64,000 nucleotides of DNA from an uncultured Chloroflexia bacterium (GTDB lineage: Bacteria; Chloroflexota; Chloroflexia; DTKN01), in contig CAZTIG010000003.1 of NCBI GenBank assembly GCA_964613665.1, positions 78,565-142,564 of the forward strand, given 5' to 3'. Within the stretch, counting starts at the first letter, position 1; each line of letters begins with the position of its first letter. Made by a program: the position numbers and the translations under genes. Below, piece after piece: positions 53,095-64,000 of the stretch. A model generated the notes under the pieces. That model did no database searches, was not told the origin of the DNA, and worked only from the letters and a program-made list of their open reading frames with translations.

Positions 53095-55017
53095 GTGCCG
53101 TCGACCGAGCCGCAGGCAGAGGACAGACTGCTGGCAGACCGCCTGGAGTGGCTTCTGCCCACCGTGAGCCGGCCGGCCCGCTACACCGGCGGCGAGTGGA
53201 ACGCCTGGCCGGTGGACTGGGCAGGGGCGCGGCTGCGCGTGGCCCTGGCCTACCCCGACCTCTACGAGGTCGGCATGGCCCATCACGGTCTGGCGATCCT
53301 CTACGACCGCCTCAACCGCATCCCCGGCGTGCTGGCCGAGCGGGTCTATGCGCCTTGGGGCGACATGGCCGCGGCCCTGCGCCGCGAGAGCCTGCCTCTC
53401 TACAGCCTGGAGAGCTTTCACCCCCTGGCCGCCTTCGACATCGTCGGCTTCAGCTTGCCCTACGAGCTCACCTGCAGCAACGTGCTGAGCATGCTCGACC
53501 TGGCCGGCCTGCCCCTCCGTGCAGCCGAGCGGGACGGGCGGCATCCCATCGTCATCGCCGGCGGCTCCGGTGCCTACAACCCCGAGCCGATGGCCGCTTT
53601 CTGCGACCTCTTTGTCATCGGCGAGGGTGAGGAGGCCATGGACGACCTGGCGGCGCTGTGGCAGGCGGTGCGCGCCCGCGGCGGCGACAGGGAGGACTTT
53701 CTGCGCCGGGCAGCGGCCGTTCCAGGTATCTACGTGCCCCGTTTCTACGACGTGGAGTACGGCGAGGACGGCACCGTCGCCGCCGTCCTACCCCAGCAGG
53801 GCCTGCCGCGCCGGGTGCAGAAACGCGTCCTGGCTGACCTGTCCGCCTCTCCTCCCGTCACCCGGCCTGTGGTGCCCTACCTGGACTCGGTGCACGACCG
53901 GGCGGTGATCGAGATTCAGCGTGGCTGCACCCGCGGCTGCCGCTTCTGCCAAGCCGGGATGATCTACCGACCGGTGCGCGAGCGTTCTCCCGAGGATGTC
54001 CGCGCCGCCGCCCGCGAGCTCCTGGCCAGCACCGGCTACGAGGAGCTGGCCCTGCTCTCCTTCAGCTCCAGCGACTACAGCCGCATCGAAGAGCTCGTGG
54101 TCGGGCTCGTCGAAGACCACCGCGAGGCCGGCCTGACCATCTCCCTGCCCTCGCTGCGCCTCGATTCGTTCTCGGTCGGGCTGGCCGAGCTGATCGGCCA
54201 GCGGCGGCGCACCGGGCTGACCTTTGCCCCGGAGGCCGGCACGCAGCGCCTGCGCGAGGTGATCAACAAGGGCCTGACTGCCGAGGACTTCTATGGCACC
54301 CTGGAGACGGCCTTTGCCCACGGCTGGCAGCGGGTCAAGCTCTACTTCGTGATCGGCCTGCCGACGGAGACGGAGGCCGACCTGGCCGGGATCGGCGAGA
54401 TGGTCCACGGGGCGCTGCGCCTGGGGCGCAGGTACGCCGGCCGGCGGACGACCATCAGCGTCAGCGTGGCCCCGCTGGTGCCCAAGGCGCAGACGCCCTT
54501 CCAGTGGGCCGGGCAGGACGCCCCGGAGGTCCTGCAGGAGAAAGTGCACTTCCTGCAGCGGGCCCTGCGCGGCAAGGGCATCGATCTCTCCTGGCACGAC
54601 ATCGCCGCCAGCCGGCTGGAGGCGGCACTGGCCCGCGGCGACCGCCGGCTGGGCACGGTGATCGAGCAAGCATGGCGCGCCGGGGCACGCTTCGACGCCT
54701 GGGAGGAGGAGTTCCGGCCGGAGCTGTGGTGGGAGGCCTTTGCCGCGGCCGGCCTGGACCCGGCCTTTTACGCCAACCGGCTCCGGCGGCGTGACGAGAT
54801 CCTGCCCTGGGAGCACATCTCCTGCGGGGTAAGCAAGCGCTTCCTCTGGCAGGAGTACCGCCGCGCGCTGAGGGGCGAGGCGACACCCGACTGCCGCCAG
54901 CACCCCTGTGCCGGCTGCGGCGTACAGCGGCTGGTGCAGTGCGGCCGGCAAGGCATGGTGCTGCGAGAGGACCACCAATCCACAGCAGGGACAGGGGATG
55001 GCTGCCAAACGGCATGA
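53095..55017 (+). CDS. B12-binding-domain radical SAM protein (TIGR03960-like)
   Basis: CTRGCRFC (CxxxCxxC) cluster. N-terminal B12-binding-like region. GTG start chosen after GGGAGG (the track ORF begins 54 nt upstream at 53041). Confidence 0.75.
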   Translation: MPSTEPQAEDRLLADRLEWLLPTVSRPARYTGGEWNAWPVDWAGARLRVALAYPDLYEVGMAHHGLAILYDRLNRIPGVLAERVYAPWGDMAAALRRESLPLYSLESFHPLAAFDIVGFSLPYELTCSNVLSMLDLAGLPLRAAERDGRHPIVIAGGSGAYNPEPMAAFCDLFVIGEGEEAMDDLAALWQAVRARGGDREDFLRRAAAVPGIYVPRFYDVEYGEDGTVAAVLPQQGLPRRVQKRVLADLSASPPVTRPVVPYLDSVHDRAVIEIQRGCTRGCRFCQAGMIYRPVRERSPEDVRAAARELLASTGYEELALLSFSSSDYSRIEELVVGLVEDHREAGLTISLPSLRLDSFSVGLAELIGQRRRTGLTFAPEAGTQRLREVINKGLTAEDFYGTLETAFAHGWQRVKLYFVIGLPTETEADLAGIGEMVHGALRLGRRYAGRRTTISVSVAPLVPKAQTPFQWAGQDAPEVLQEKVHFLQRALRGKGIDLSWHDIAASRLEAALARGDRRLGTVIEQAWRAGARFDAWEEEFRPELWWEAFAAAGLDPAFYANRLRRRDEILPWEHISCGVSKRFLWQEYRRALRGEATPDCRQHPCAGCGVQRLVQCGRQGMVLREDHQSTAGTGDGCQTA

Positions 55018-56125
55018 TGAGGCCGCTCTCCAGGAAGATCGCACCTGGCTCGTGCTTCACAAGGGCCGGTTCGTGCAGCTTCTCGATGGGTGTATCCAGG
55101 AGTCCACCATCGAGGGCCTGCGCCGCCGGGCCGAGCAGATGCGGGACATCCTCCTCGGCCAGTCTCCTGACGACACCGGCGTCCTGGATTCCGCCGCCTG
55201 CCCACTGGCCCTGCGCCAGGACATCCTCCTGTCCGAGCTGGACCAAGTCCTGTCCGCCAGGACCATGGGGCGCGCACGCCACTACCTGGGCCGGCTCAAG
55301 GCCGGAGCCGAACAGCCGCGCACTGCCCCGGGCAGCGACATCAACGTGCTCCGCTGGAAGGAATACGACGATGTCCTCACCGACAGCCTGTGGATCATAC
55401 CGCGGCGCGACAGCTCCGGCGCCCACCTGTCCTCGTACTGGGGCAACTTTGTCCCACAGATCCCGCGCCAACTCCTGCTGCGCTTCACCAGGCGCGGCGA
55501 GTGGGTGCTGGACCCGTTCTCAGGCAGCGGAACCACCCTGATCGAGTGCCGCCGGCTGGGCCGCAACGGGATCGGCGTGGAGTTGAACGTGGAGGTCGCC
55601 GGCCAGGCCTGCCAGCTCGTTGCCAGCGAGCCAAACCGGTTCGGCGTCGTCTCTGACACCATCGTGGGAGACAGCACCAGTCTTGACTTTGCTGCGCTGC
55701 TGCGGGAACGCGGCGTCAGCCGGGTCCAGCTGCTCATCATGCATCCTCCCTACCACGACATCATCCGCTTCAGCGCCGACCCCCGCGACCTCTCCAACGC
55801 GGCCTCGGTCGAGCAGTTCCTGGCGATGCTCGGCCAGGTAGTGGAACGCACCTTCCCCCTCCTGGACGACGGCCGCCACCTGGCCGTGGTCATCGGCGAC
55901 AAGTACCTGCGCGGCGAATGGGTGCCGTTGGGATTCTATGTCATGGAGGAAGTGCGGCGGCAGGGCTATCGTCTGAAGAGCATCGTGGTCAAGAACTTCC
56001 AGGAGACCCGCGGCAAGCGCGGGCAGCAGGAGCTGTGGCGCTACCGCGCACTGGCCGGCGGCTTTTACGTCTTCCGGCACGAGTACATCCTGCTGTTCCA
56101 GAAGCGGGCTGCCCGCAAGCTATAG
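54998..56125 (+). CDS. SAM-dependent DNA methyltransferase (N6-adenine/N4-cytosine type), apparently orphan
   Basis: DPFSGSGTT (motif I) and HPPY (motif IV variant). Overlaps the radical SAM gene end by 20 nt. No restriction endonuclease recognisable nearby. Confidence 0.65.
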   Translation: MAAKRHDEAALQEDRTWLVLHKGRFVQLLDGCIQESTIEGLRRRAEQMRDILLGQSPDDTGVLDSAACPLALRQDILLSELDQVLSARTMGRARHYLGRLKAGAEQPRTAPGSDINVLRWKEYDDVLTDSLWIIPRRDSSGAHLSSYWGNFVPQIPRQLLLRFTRRGEWVLDPFSGSGTTLIECRRLGRNGIGVELNVEVAGQACQLVASEPNRFGVVSDTIVGDSTSLDFAALLRERGVSRVQLLIMHPPYHDIIRFSADPRDLSNAASVEQFLAMLGQVVERTFPLLDDGRHLAVVIGDKYLRGEWVPLGFYVMEEVRRQGYRLKSIVVKNFQETRGKRGQQELWRYRALAGGFYVFRHEYILLFQKRAARKL

Positions 56126-57214
56126 CACCAGCAGCTCCCGCGCCATCGTCGTCAGGCTCTCGCCTCCGTCCGCTGTGACCACGACATCGTCCTCGATGCG
56201 CACCCCGCCCAGGCCCTCGACGTAGATGCCCGGCTCCACCGTAAAGGTCATACCCATGCGCAGAAGCTGGCCGTTCCCCTGCACGATGTAGGGCGGCTCG
56301 TGCACCTCCAGCCCCAGGCCGTGCCCGGTGCGGTGGATAAAGGCCGGACCGTAGCCTCCGGCGTCGATGACTGCCCGGGCCGCCCGGTCCACCGCCTCGC
56401 AGGGCACGCCCGGCCGCACGGCAGCCCGGCCGGCCTCGTTGGCCCCCAGCACCAGCTCGTAGATGCGCCGGCGCTCGGGCCCGGGCTCACCCAACGCCAC
56501 CGTACGCGTGAGGTCGGCATAGTAGCCGTCCACACCCACCGCCCAGTCGAGCGTCACCAGCTCGCCGCGCTGCATCGGCCGATCCGTGGGCACGTTGTGC
56601 GGCGAAGCCCCCCGCGGGCCGGCCACGACGATCGGCGCCTCGCCCCAGCCCTCGGCTCCGGTCTCGGCCACGGCCCACTGCCAGGCCCGCGCTGCCTCGC
56701 GCTCGGTCATGCCCGGGCGCAACTTTTCCAGGGCCGCCTGCAGACCCTGCTCCAGCGCCACCGCCGCCCGGCGCATACAGCCCACCTCGGCGGCATCCTT
56801 GGCCCCGCGCATCTCCCCGAGCAGCTCGTCTGCCGGGTCGGGCTGGCAGATGGGAAAGGCCCGCTGCAGCGCGTGGTACTCCAGCAAGCGCATGGCCCGC
56901 TCCTCGACGCCGATGCGCTCACCGGCCAGCGGCATGTACTGCCGCAGCCGTTGCAGGGCCTTCTCGGGGCCATCCTCGTCGCTCCACGGGAAGAGCTCCA
57001 CCTCCACGGCAAGCTGCTCGCGGGCCCGCGCGACCTCCAGGGCCGGCAGGACCAGCGCGCCCGGGCCCTCTCGAGGAAAGACGGCCAGCGTCAGCCGCTC
57101 GCTGGGGTGCATCGCCAGGCCGGCCAGATAGCGCAGGTTCGGACTGGGCCCGACGGCCAGCGCGGCCAGGCCGGCCTCCGCCAGGGCACTGGACAGGCGG
57201 GTCAATCGCGACAT
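56120..57214 (-). CDS. M24-family Xaa-Pro peptidase
   Basis: Pita-bread fold metal ligands (D..D..H..E..E pattern: VTLDWAVGVDGYYADLTRT...HGLGLEVHE...VEPGIY...VRIED). AGGAGG RBS. Confidence 0.85.
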   Translation of the reverse strand: MSRLTRLSSALAEAGLAALAVGPSPNLRYLAGLAMHPSERLTLAVFPREGPGALVLPALEVARAREQLAVEVELFPWSDEDGPEKALQRLRQYMPLAGERIGVEERAMRLLEYHALQRAFPICQPDPADELLGEMRGAKDAAEVGCMRRAAVALEQGLQAALEKLRPGMTEREAARAWQWAVAETGAEGWGEAPIVVAGPRGASPHNVPTDRPMQRGELVTLDWAVGVDGYYADLTRTVALGEPGPERRRIYELVLGANEAGRAAVRPGVPCEAVDRAARAVIDAGGYGPAFIHRTGHGLGLEVHEPPYIVQGNGQLLRMGMTFTVEPGIYVEGLGGVRIEDDVVVTADGGESLTTMARELLVL

Positions 57215-57256
57215 CGGTTCCTCCTGTGAGCAGCGTTCTGACGGGAGCCCGCGGCG

Positions 57257-57958
57257 CTAGCCACCGTGCGGGCCGACCTGGTCCCGTCGCCGCGCGGACT
57301 GCGCCCAGCTGTCGCGCCGCAGCTCCATGTCGTAGAAGAGCGCCTCCGTCCGCCCCCAGCGCCACCGGAAGAGCTCACGCAGCGGTGCGTACTCGGGACG
57401 GCTAAACAGCTCCTGGTCCAACGGGCCGTCCAGCACCTGCCAATGGCTGGCGACCTGGCGAAAGCCGGCCCGGAGGTAGCAGCGCACGGCCCGCGTGTTG
57501 GCCGCGGCGACGTCCAGGACCAGCAGGCGGAACTCTAAGGTGTAGAAGTAGTAGGGCAGGAACAGCTCCAGGGCCTCGCTGCCGTAGCCCCGGCCCACGT
57601 GCTGCGAGCTGAAGGAAATCCCCAGCCGGCCGGACTGCCCCCAGGAAAGCTCGCGCAGTGTGATCATGCCAACCAACTGGCCGCGCCAGTCGTCCACACC
57701 GTAGGCCAGGCGGTGGCGGCCGTCCGTCATCTGGGCGAACCAGCTGTCGTTCTCCCGCGCGCTGCACGGGGGCATGTCCCAGATCAGGTGCAGCGGGTCG
57801 TCGAAAGGAGGCCACTGCTGCCGGAGGTCCAAGTCGCCGCGCTGCAGGGCACGGATGCGCAGGCGGGGCCCATCGAGCGGCAGAGAAGGCTCGGCCGCAG
57901 GCACGTGGAGCCGATAGTCCTGCCGGTTCGGGGGCAGTTGCAGGCGAGCCACGGACAT
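57257..57958 (-). CDS. GNAT family N-acetyltransferase (RimJ/RimL-like)
   Basis: QHVGRGYGSEAL and VAAANTRAVRCYLRAGF motifs. Confidence 0.75.
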   Translation of the reverse strand: MSVARLQLPPNRQDYRLHVPAAEPSLPLDGPRLRIRALQRGDLDLRQQWPPFDDPLHLIWDMPPCSARENDSWFAQMTDGRHRLAYGVDDWRGQLVGMITLRELSWGQSGRLGISFSSQHVGRGYGSEALELFLPYYFYTLEFRLLVLDVAAANTRAVRCYLRAGFRQVASHWQVLDGPLDQELFSRPEYAPLRELFRWRWGRTEALFYDMELRRDSWAQSARRRDQVGPHGG

Positions 57959-57967
57959 CTCCGCAGG

Positions 57968-58528
57968 TTATGTCGGCAACACCAGGCCGGCCTCGGCCAG
58001 GAGGCCGCGCGTGCGCTCGTCTGCCTGGCACAGGCCCAGACGCAGCGCCAGGTACGCCAGGTCCAGGCGGGCCCCCTGGACGCGGGCGATCGCCTCCACG
58101 TCCTGGCGATGCGGTCTCCCCAGGGAGTTTTCGAGCTGGGACAGGAGGGCCTTTTGCACGAGGATATCCTCGGGGGCCAGCACCTGAACCCGCGAGCCCA
58201 GCAGCGGCAGTCGGCGCAGGTGTTCCTGCATGGCCGAGTCCAACGAAAAGGGCTGCCGCCGGCCGGCAATGGTCACAGCCAAGTCGTCGAACAGCTTGAT
58301 GCCCCGCCAGAGCAGAATGCGGCCGTCGTACTGCGCAACATAGTTCTGGCGCGCCAGCAGGTCGCGGACCTGCCGCAGGTAACCGGGAGGCATCAGGATG
58401 TCCACATTCTCGATCGGCCGGCGCACGCCGTAGAGATGGGCAGCCGCTCCCGAGCAGACACCCCAGGGCAGGCCGGCCTCGTCCAGCAGGCGCTGCACTG
58501 CCCCCAGGTTCCCAGCAATCAACGACAT
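57968..58528 (-). CDS. Hypothetical protein (186 aa)
   Basis: Start MSLIAGNLG with GAGGAG RBS. The upstream part of the track ORF is low-complexity and rejected. Confidence 0.5.
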   Translation of the reverse strand: MSLIAGNLGAVQRLLDEAGLPWGVCSGAAAHLYGVRRPIENVDILMPPGYLRQVRDLLARQNYVAQYDGRILLWRGIKLFDDLAVTIAGRRQPFSLDSAMQEHLRRLPLLGSRVQVLAPEDILVQKALLSQLENSLGRPHRQDVEAIARVQGARLDLAYLALRLGLCQADERTRGLLAEAGLVLPT

Positions 58529-58548
58529 CGACCGACTCCTCGCTCTCT

Positions 58549-61204
<2,656 letters not shown>

Positions 61205-61271
61205 AGCGCTCCTCCAGCAGAGCCAACCGCGCCCCCGCTGAACGACGGGCCACGGGACGGGCGCCAGCTAG

Positions 61272-61961
61272 CTAGTAGCGCGGCGGAGGCGGGGGGTTGA
61301 CCACCACCACCTGCTGTGGCGCGGCCGGCGGCTGCGGCTTCTTCTTCCCGGTGAACAGGAACTGCACGAGCATGCCGATGATGCCGAGGACGACGGCCAG
61401 TGCCACCATCACGTAGTAGGTCGTGGTGGCCAGGCGGGGGGACTGCAGGAATCCCAGCGTGCCCACCGGGGCTCCCGCCAGGGTAAAGATGCCTGTGACC
61501 ACACTCCAGGCACCGCTGAAGCTGGTGATGATGATGATGACCACGCGCTGCAGGATCACCGCCACCACGCCACCGATGACCGCCAGCACCGCGCCGATGA
61601 TGCGCACGGTGCCGGCATCGCTCACCCCCAGCAGGGTGGCCAGGGCGGCCCCCAAGGCAAAGCCCATCAGCGCTCCCAAGACAAAGACCCCCAGGAAATA
61701 GGCCACGGTGAGCAGGACGGCACCGATGATGCCGCCGACCAGCCCGCCGACGACCAGGGAAAGCGTGCCGGCGTTCCAGATCAGCGGCACGAGCGCCAGG
61801 CCGGCAAGCCCGCCCAGGATGAACCCCAGGATGGCCAGGATCACCCGGAACAGGCGGTAGCCGAAGAAGCACCACAACAGGCCGATGAGGATAGAGACGA
61901 TCACGGCGACCGTCGAGATCCCTGAGAGCGAGCCCAACAGGTCTTCCAGCCATTCGAACAT
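61272..61961 (-). CDS. Polytopic membrane protein, hypothetical, with a proline-rich C-terminus
   Basis: Start MFEWLEDLL with AGGAGG RBS. Five or more hydrophobic helices. Ends NPPPPPRY. Confidence 0.6.
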   Translation of the reverse strand: MFEWLEDLLGSLSGISTVAVIVSILIGLLWCFFGYRLFRVILAILGFILGGLAGLALVPLIWNAGTLSLVVGGLVGGIIGAVLLTVAYFLGVFVLGALMGFALGAALATLLGVSDAGTVRIIGAVLAVIGGVVAVILQRVVIIIITSFSGAWSVVTGIFTLAGAPVGTLGFLQSPRLATTTYYVMVALAVVLGIIGMLVQFLFTGKKKPQPPAAPQQVVVVNPPPPPRY

Positions 61962-62020
61962 CGCTTCCTCCTTGTGCACTACTGCCGGCCTTTGCAGGTT
62001 CTCGCTGGCCGGCATATGGG

Positions 62021-63064
62021 CTACAGGCCGTGTACTTCGCGAACCGCACGGATGACCCCCGACAGCGCCGCGTCGTCGGCCGGCCGCTCCCGCGGAGCCG
62101 GCCCCAGGGGGTCGTCCACCTCACTCGGGTCTTGCCCCTGCCAGACGCGGAAGGTGGCCAGGACGCCGAAGGCTAGGGCCTCGGGGTGGTACCCACCCTC
62201 CAGGGTCAGCACCAGGCGGCCCGGGCAGAACTCGTCGGCCACCTGGCGAACGGCCAGGGCCATGCCGGCAAAGCCGCGCACCGAGACGGCCATGCCGGCC
62301 AGCGGATCGGCCCAGTGCGGATCGTAGCCCGCCGAGACCAGCACGAGCTGCGGGCGAAAGCGCCGCCCCGCCGGCAAGAGGACCTCCTCGAACACACGCG
62401 CGTAGGCAGCGTCGCCCATCCCGCCCGGCATGGGCACATTGACCATGCAGCCGTGGCCGGCTCCCGTCCCCACCTCCTGCACCGATCCGCTGCCGGGGTA
62501 GTGCGGGAACTGGTGCGTGGAAAAGTACAGCACCCGGCCGTCGTGGTAAAAGACCTCCTGGGTGCCGTTGCCGTGGTGCACGTCCCAGTCCACAATCAGC
62601 ACGCGCTCCAGCCCCTCCTCCTCCAGCGCATACCGTGCCGCCAGGGCGACGTTGTTAAAGAGGCAGAAGCCCATCTCGCGCTGCGGCCGGGCGTGGTGGC
62701 CGGGCGGGCGCACCAGCGCCAGCGCTGCGGCCACCCGACCGGCAAGGACCGCCCGCACCGCCTCGATCACACCGCCGGCGGCCAGCAGCGCCGCGCGGTA
62801 GGAGGCCGGACCCATGTAGGTGTCCAAGTCCAGCCAGACGCTGCCGCGCTCGGCTGCCTGGCGGATCTTCTCGACGTAGGCAGGGCTATGCAAGGAGGTC
62901 AAGCGCTCCCACGAGACGGGCTGTGGCTCGAGCGGCACGGCCTCGTCCCAGGCGCCGCTCTCACGCAGCGCGGCGATGATCGCCAGCAGCCGACCGGCGT
63001 TCTCGGGGTGGGAAGGATCGTTGTGCTCCAGGTAGACAGGCGAGTAGACCAGGCCGACCGCCAC
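62021..63064 (-). CDS. Histone deacetylase-family protein (acetoin utilisation AcuC/HDAC-like)
   Basis: PPGHHA, DWDVHHGNGT, GGYH motifs. GTG start. Confidence 0.85.
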   Translation of the reverse strand: MAVGLVYSPVYLEHNDPSHPENAGRLLAIIAALRESGAWDEAVPLEPQPVSWERLTSLHSPAYVEKIRQAAERGSVWLDLDTYMGPASYRAALLAAGGVIEAVRAVLAGRVAAALALVRPPGHHARPQREMGFCLFNNVALAARYALEEEGLERVLIVDWDVHHGNGTQEVFYHDGRVLYFSTHQFPHYPGSGSVQEVGTGAGHGCMVNVPMPGGMGDAAYARVFEEVLLPAGRRFRPQLVLVSAGYDPHWADPLAGMAVSVRGFAGMALAVRQVADEFCPGRLVLTLEGGYHPEALAFGVLATFRVWQGQDPSEVDDPLGPAPRERPADDAALSGVIRAVREVHGL

Positions 63065-63065
63065 G

Positions 63066-63635
63066 TCAGTGTCCCCGATCCGCCCGTACTAGGGCGATGA
63101 ACTCCTCGCGCGTGGCCAGACGGGTGCGGAAAATCCCCCGGTTGGCCGAGGTGATGACCAGCGACCCCGGCTTTCTCACCCCGCGCATGATCATGCACAG
63201 GTGGGCTGCCTCCAGGACCACGCCGACCCCGGCCGGCTCCAGCACCTCGCTCATCACGTCGGCGATCTGGCTGGTCAGGCGCTCCTGCAGCTGTGGCCGG
63301 CGGGCCAGCGCCTCCACCACCCGGGCGATCTTGCTGATCCCGACTACTCGCCCCTGGGGGATATAGCCGACGTGCGCCACCCCGTAAAAGGGCAGAAAGT
63401 GATGCTCGCACATCGAGTGAAAGGGGATATCGCGCAGGATGACCATCTCGCGGTGTCGTTCCTCGAAACCGATCTGCAGAAACTCGCGGGGGTCCTGATC
63501 GAGGCCGGCAAAGACCTCCTCGTACATCTCGGCGATGCGGCGGGGGGTACCGACGAGCCCCTCGCGCTGCGGGTCCTCGCCCACCGCTTCGATGATCATG
63601 CGGACGGCTTGCTCGATCTTGGTCTTGTCCACCAC
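63066..63635 (-). CDS. folE: GTP cyclohydrolase I
   Basis: [11 protein letters not shown] and HVGYIPQ..VVGISK signature. GTG start with AAGGAGG RBS 6 nt upstream. Confidence 0.9.
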   Translation of the reverse strand: MVDKTKIEQAVRMIIEAVGEDPQREGLVGTPRRIAEMYEEVFAGLDQDPREFLQIGFEERHREMVILRDIPFHSMCEHHFLPFYGVAHVGYIPQGRVVGISKIARVVEALARRPQLQERLTSQIADVMSEVLEPAGVGVVLEAAHLCMIMRGVRKPGSLVITSANRGIFRTRLATREEFIALVRADRGH

Positions 63636-64000
63636 AACCGACCTCCTTTGGCTGCGCTGATTATACCGCACCTCGCCCAACGGCGCAATACGGGACGTGG
63701 CGGCGTTCGGGGAGGCAATTTGACTTGGCGGCCTTCCTGTGCTATACTGCACACCATCAGAACAGAGGCGTCGAACGGGAAGAGTAGGCGCCAGAGCGGG
63801 ATCCAGAGAGCCGGGGACAGGTGCGAGCCCGGCATCAGCGCAGGCGCTGAATGGGCCCGGGAGCCGCGGCCCGAACGCAAGCAGTTGCCAGTAGGCGTCG
63901 CCGGCAGCCGCCACCGTTATCCGGCGGAGGGCATCGGAAGGCAGCTTCCCGTGCCCGTGCGAGTGAGGCTGGCAACCACGCCCCGTGGTGTATCACCGCG

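Noticed and set aside
63700-64000. Possible tmRNA / RNase P RNA / cobalamin riboswitch upstream of folE
   Set aside because: I could not find the conserved tmRNA 5' GGGG…UUCGACGGG pairing with 3' CCA, an ANDENYALAA-type tag frame, RNase P P4/GNRA elements, or a B12 box by inspection. The region is also truncated by the window end.

Overview
This is a 64 kb, very GC-rich (about 70%) bacterial chromosomal segment. Gene content resembles Chloroflexota-type genomes (kinase-FGE fusions, PD40/PKD/DUF11 giant secreted proteins, many zinc-ribbon proteins), but that placement is inference only. Coding density is high. Many long antisense ORFs in the track are GC-driven artefacts, including the 1436-aa ORF at 1486..5796; I excluded these.

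The main call is a six-gene minus-strand operon (8262..14344) that looks like a bacterial ESCRT-III/Vps4-type membrane-remodelling module. It has two Snf7/ESCRT-III-like coiled-coil proteins with C-terminal MIM-like helices, a MIT-domain AAA+ ATPase (Vps4-like), a double zinc-ribbon protein, a two-TM coiled-coil protein and a possible winged-helix protein. A second MIT-AAA ATPase (3553..4635) with a co-oriented unknown partner lies nearby, between two Ser/Thr kinase genes.

Other content:
- Ser/Thr kinases: four Hanks-type kinases, one fused to an FGE-sulfatase domain and two carrying zinc ribbons.
- Regulated proteolysis: an ECF sigma / zinc anti-sigma / TPR-CHAT trio, next to a 1877-aa secreted PD40-PKD-caspase-like protease and a CPBP-GNAT membrane protein.
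- Membrane scaffold and nuclease string: an SPFH/flotillin-like gene, a coiled-coil membrane protein, two paralogous zinc-ribbon PQQ-propeller proteins (one at each end of the window), a thermonuclease, a ComEC-like MBL hydrolase and a 1671-aa lamin-tail/DUF11/phospholipase-D protein.
- Other: a transposase remnant.
- Housekeeping block: adh, pgk, tpiA, csoR-like, trx, VWA and FHA proteins, a B12-radical SAM gene, a DNA methyltransferase, pepQ-like, GNAT, ligA, HDAC and folE.
- Non-coding signals: near-consensus sigma70 promoters, and three distinct repeat features near the left end (a heptamer array, a 33-bp tandem duplication across a stop codon, and a (CTTGCTTC)n microsatellite).
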